Source of the DNA: Cyclobacteriaceae bacterium
GTDB lineage: Bacteria; Bacteroidota; Bacteroidia; Cytophagales; Cyclobacteriaceae
Direction of reading: 5' to 3'
Length of the DNA stretch: 64,000 nt
NCBI GenBank assembly: GCA_965212145.1
Contig: CBDBUY010000002.1
Location: forward strand, 68,099-132,098
Position numbers and translations under genes: made by a program. Every line of letters starts with the position of its first letter. The first letter of the stretch is position 1. The notes below the pieces were generated by a model. The model was not told the DNA's origin. It was given only the letters and a program-made list of their open reading frames with translations, and did not search any database. Positions 61,244 to 64,000 of this stretch are shown piece by piece.

Positions 61244-61251
61244 CAAATTTA
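61244..61251 (-). promoter_or_regulatory. -7 promoter box TAAATTTG for glsA-glsB
   Basis: Minus strand TAAATTTG about 32 nt upstream of ATG 61212. Confidence 0.35.
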
Positions 61252-61396
61252 ACTAAGCGCGCTGGAGTGAAATGCTCCAAAGACGAACACCAGAAAAATA
61301 GAAGAACAGAGTCAAATTTCTAAGAGCGGATCTTCCCTGGTAATCTCAATTTTTCGGACCGAAAATGTAGAAACATGTTAGGTTCAAATAATGAGT

Positions 61397-61873
61397 TTAT
61401 TCCATGATGAGTTCGTAGCGCCTTTCTTCTAAACCGTAATCCGTGACAGTGCTAGACTTGAATTGATACCCATATTGCGCATATAAGGCCGCAGCTGTAT
61501 GCAGGTTGCTTTCGGTCAAAAGAAAAGACTTCTTGTATCCACACTCTTGCATGAAATCCATGAAAAGGGACATCATGTGCTTGCCAAGCCCCATTCCTCT
61601 GCACTCGGGGGCGAGTAAGAAATAACGAAGCTGTGCAAAGTCATTTGTTTTCTTGAGGGCAATAGAACCAACAATTTGATCCTCTTTTTCTGCAATCCAA
61701 ATGCGCTCGCAAGATTGATCAAGATTCTTCACAAAATCTGATAAAGTTTCAGCGACATACAGCTCAAACTCCGGCATGAAATCATAGAGTGTAGCGTGCA
61801 TGTAAGTGAGGTATCCAACGTCTCCTGGTTTTAACTCAGTTCGAATCGTTACATTATCCCAAGACGTTGACAT
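61397..61873 (-). CDS. GNAT family N-acetyltransferase
   Basis: 158 aa; acetyl-CoA motif A CRGMGLGKHMM. Confidence 0.8.
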   Translation of the reverse strand: MSTSWDNVTIRTELKPGDVGYLTYMHATLYDFMPEFELYVAETLSDFVKNLDQSCERIWIAEKEDQIVGSIALKKTNDFAQLRYFLLAPECRGMGLGKHMMSLFMDFMQECGYKKSFLLTESNLHTAAALYAQYGYQFKSSTVTDYGLEERRYELIME

Positions 61874-61883
61874 GAGATCAAAT

Positions 61884-62603
61884 CTAGTCCAGGTGCAGAT
61901 AATAGTCCTTCAAGAGCTTTCGAAATCCCGATGAATATTGTCCATCAATTTCTTTTAAGATCAGTTCACTGGCGCAAAGCGCGCTCTGGTCAAACGAGAA
62001 TTCTCCTAAGGTTCTGAATATTCCCTTTTGGGAATTATTAAAAACATCCAAACTGTCCACGCAGTACAAGTCTTGCTGTTGTGTCCGTTCCATGAACCGC
62101 GCAAACTCGTTTTCTGGATACATGACGAAAAATCGCCCGGTTGGCGCCAGATGTAATTTGACAGCATCAATAAGTTCTGTCATGCTCAAGTGATTGGCAT
62201 GCTGAGCCTGGTTCTTTGAGCCGGACTTGCCAAGTTGGTTGCCGGTATAAAACGGCGGATTGCAAATGATTACATCAAAACGGTCTTCACATTTAAAATC
62301 TTGAATGCTGATATTCTGTGAACTTAACCGCTCAGACCACTTACTATTTTTAAAATTCTGTTGACACTCTTCGAATGCTCCTTGGTCAATCTCGACTGCC
62401 TGGATATCTGCCTTGGACTTTTGGGCAATCATTAGACTCAACAACCCGGTTCCAGCTCCTATGTCTAAGACGGATTTTGGCTTGTCTTCTGGCAACTTAT
62501 CAGCGACCCACGCTCCAAAAACGCATCCATCTGTGGTCACTTTCATTCCGGACTTTTCCTGATTGATCAGGAACTCCTTAAACTGAAAGTAAGAATTGGG
62601 CAT
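61884..62603 (-). CDS. SAM-dependent methyltransferase, tRNA1(Val) m6A37 (TrmN6/YfiC)-like
   Basis: 239 aa; VLDIGAGTGLLSLM (motif I) and ICNPPFY (N6-adenine NPPF/Y motif IV). Confidence 0.7.
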   Translation of the reverse strand: MPNSYFQFKEFLINQEKSGMKVTTDGCVFGAWVADKLPEDKPKSVLDIGAGTGLLSLMIAQKSKADIQAVEIDQGAFEECQQNFKNSKWSERLSSQNISIQDFKCEDRFDVIICNPPFYTGNQLGKSGSKNQAQHANHLSMTELIDAVKLHLAPTGRFFVMYPENEFARFMERTQQQDLYCVDSLDVFNNSQKGIFRTLGEFSFDQSALCASELILKEIDGQYSSGFRKLLKDYYLHLD

Positions 62604-62605
62604 GG

Positions 62606-64000
62606 TTAGTTGCCGCTCTTGTAAACCTTGAGTTTCTGCCCTACAGAAAGATCCGCTGAGCTGAGGTCGTTCAGTTCCAGGATGTCATCCACTGACATCC
62701 CGAACTTTCTGGAAATCTGATAAAGATTATCACCTGGAGCCACTTCGTAGAGAATTACCGCTTTATCGTCCTTTCTCTCAGTGATGGGAGCTTTGACCTG
62801 AAGGTTTTGGCCAACCTGTATGTCATCGGGGTTTTCCAAGTCGTTCCATCGTTGCAAGTCCGCTACAGACACTTCATATTTCTTTGCAATGACCCAGAGG
62901 CCCTCGCCTTTGGCGACCGTGTGAATTTTAACCTTAGTAGACTGCTCCGCTGCTGGGGCATATGGTGGAACGCTCACCTCCTCCAGACGTTCCTGACGTT
63001 CTTCTTTCACAAAATTGGGCTCTTCGATTTCCACGTATTTTGGCTTTTCGTCTTTGCCCAATTTGCTTTGAAGCAGCAGCACTCGACCGGGCTTCACTTC
63101 ATCAATGATGGTCAGGTTATTTCTCTTCGCGAGTTTGTTAAGTCGAATTCCATACTGCTGAGACACATCCCAGAGTGATTCATTGAACTGTACAATATGG
63201 AATTCAATGGCGCCCTTGCTTTTTTTCTTACGAGCGAAATAGAACTCTTCGGGAATGAGCCTGTCCTCGGGCGACATGTCATTTATCTTCCTAAATTTAG
63301 ACTCTGAGAGTCCAACCCTCGCTGAAATAGAAGCCACGTCATCTGCCTCGTTGGCTAGGATAGCGTTCAAACCATTCAATTTTATGATAGTTGATTTTTG
63401 ACTTTCACTCAGTCCCGGTATCAATTCATCTGGATAGTTCTTGGGTGCGGTTTCCTTGATCCGATCACGATCCGGCCGGTTATAAGCCACAAGTCCTTTC
63501 GGCATGTCTCCCTGCACGGGAATAATCACCGTGTACTCCTTGTCAGTAGGTACTTTTCCTTTTAACCACTTGTTGTATTCTTTCAGCTGATCCGCATCCA
63601 CCTTTAGCTCTCTCGCGATGCGATCCAGATCCATGTCGGCTCCTTCTTTAAATTCAGCCAATTGCCAACCCTCGGAATTGGGGCCGTCCACGTAATCTCG
63701 GTAGGCGATATAATGGGCCAAGAATTTCATGACGTACCAATACGTATTCTTGTCGATCGTCATCTTACGAGCTCCAAAATTGGCCTTATTGACATGCTTC
63801 TGTGCACCTCCTCGACCTGTCTGGTAGGCCATGACCGCATAAATCCAATTCTTGAAATAGAAATTGTTCTGCGAGAGGTACTTTGCTGCGCCCTCAGATG
63901 CCGAGACGATATTTTTTCTTTCGTCTACTTTTCTATCCACCCGTAAGCCCATTTCTCTGGCGGTGAAATCCTTGAACTGCCAATAACCAACCGCATTGGA
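62606..64000 (-). CDS. MltD-like lytic transglycosylase with multiple C-terminal LysM domains (N-terminus beyond window)
   Basis: Reading frame stays open past ORF-track start 63952 to the window edge (..SNAVGYWQFKDFTAREMGLRV = SLT-domain GxWQF region). At least 3 LysM repeats (e.g. HTVAKGEGLWVIAKKY, YEVAPGDNLYQISRKF). Confidence 0.8.
   Translation of the reverse strand, partial: SNAVGYWQFKDFTAREMGLRVDRKVDERKNIVSASEGAAKYLSQNNFYFKNWIYAVMAYQTGRGGAQKHVNKANFGARKMTIDKNTYWYVMKFLAHYIAYRDYVDGPNSEGWQLAEFKEGADMDLDRIARELKVDADQLKEYNKWLKGKVPTDKEYTVIIPVQGDMPKGLVAYNRPDRDRIKETAPKNYPDELIPGLSESQKSTIIKLNGLNAILANEADDVASISARVGLSESKFRKINDMSPEDRLIPEEFYFARKKKSKGAIEFHIVQFNESLWDVSQQYGIRLNKLAKRNNLTIIDEVKPGRVLLLQSKLGKDEKPKYVEIEEPNFVKEERQERLEEVSVPPYAPAAEQSTKVKIHTVAKGEGLWVIAKKYEVSVADLQRWNDLENPDDIQVGQNLQVKAPITERKDDKAVILYEVAPGDNLYQISRKFGMSVDDILELNDLSSADLSVGQKLKVYKSGN

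Noticed and set aside
1-64000. Searched by eye for CRISPR arrays, tRNA/rRNA genes, transposases/integrases, restriction-modification, toxin-antitoxin and other defence gene signatures.
   Set aside because: No direct-repeat/spacer arrays, no cloverleaf-like intergenic sequences (all spacers are under 260 nt and AT-rich), and no nuclease, helicase, recombinase or methylase-specificity motifs were seen in any sizeable ORF. tRNAscan, Infernal and PADLOC/DefenseFinder runs would be needed to confirm this.

Overview
Dense chromosomal segment of about 56 CDS with almost no non-coding DNA, most likely from a Bacteroidota (Flavobacteriia/Cytophagia-like) genome. The taxon call rests on two proteins with type IX secretion (T9SS) C-terminal sorting domains, recurring TAnnTTTG '-7' promoter boxes 25-55 nt upstream of starts, weak or absent Shine-Dalgarno sequences, a glsA/glsB-type glycine-lipid gene pair, and general gene content. 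Most of the window is housekeeping: obg-adk, sdaAA, hemE, rnhB, a nine-gene leu/ilv supercluster (leuA-leuC-leuD-cimA-like-leuB-ilvD-ilvB-ilvN-ilvC), gltBD, ettA, ispD-queA, recA, rplM-rpsI-rpsB-tsf, a two-component system, rluA-family and tRNA methyltransferase genes, and an MltD-like LysM transglycosylase cut by the right edge. Accessory or poorly understood content: (i) an ECF sigma / HEAT-repeat anti-sigma / 2x DUF4097 operon; (ii) an AT-richer FG-GAP/UnbV/FN3 T9SS cargo gene; (iii) a translationally coupled MFS / secreted protein / PLDc_N operon followed by a Tat-lipoprotein Rieske protein; (iv) a 2105-aa T9SS cargo protein built from three large super-repeats, preceded by a 514-aa all-helical protein of unknown function; (v) an orphan FtsX/MacB-type permease plus a CPBP protease. 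By eye I found no rRNA, tRNA, CRISPR array, transposase, integrase or recognisable defence gene. I do not see a clear-cut new 'system'. The best candidates for follow-up are the items above, a 21-nt exact inverted repeat shared by two divergent promoter regions, and several perfect palindromes in regulatory positions. Several ORF-track starts were shortened where signal peptides, ATGA overlaps, terminators or promoter boxes support a downstream start.
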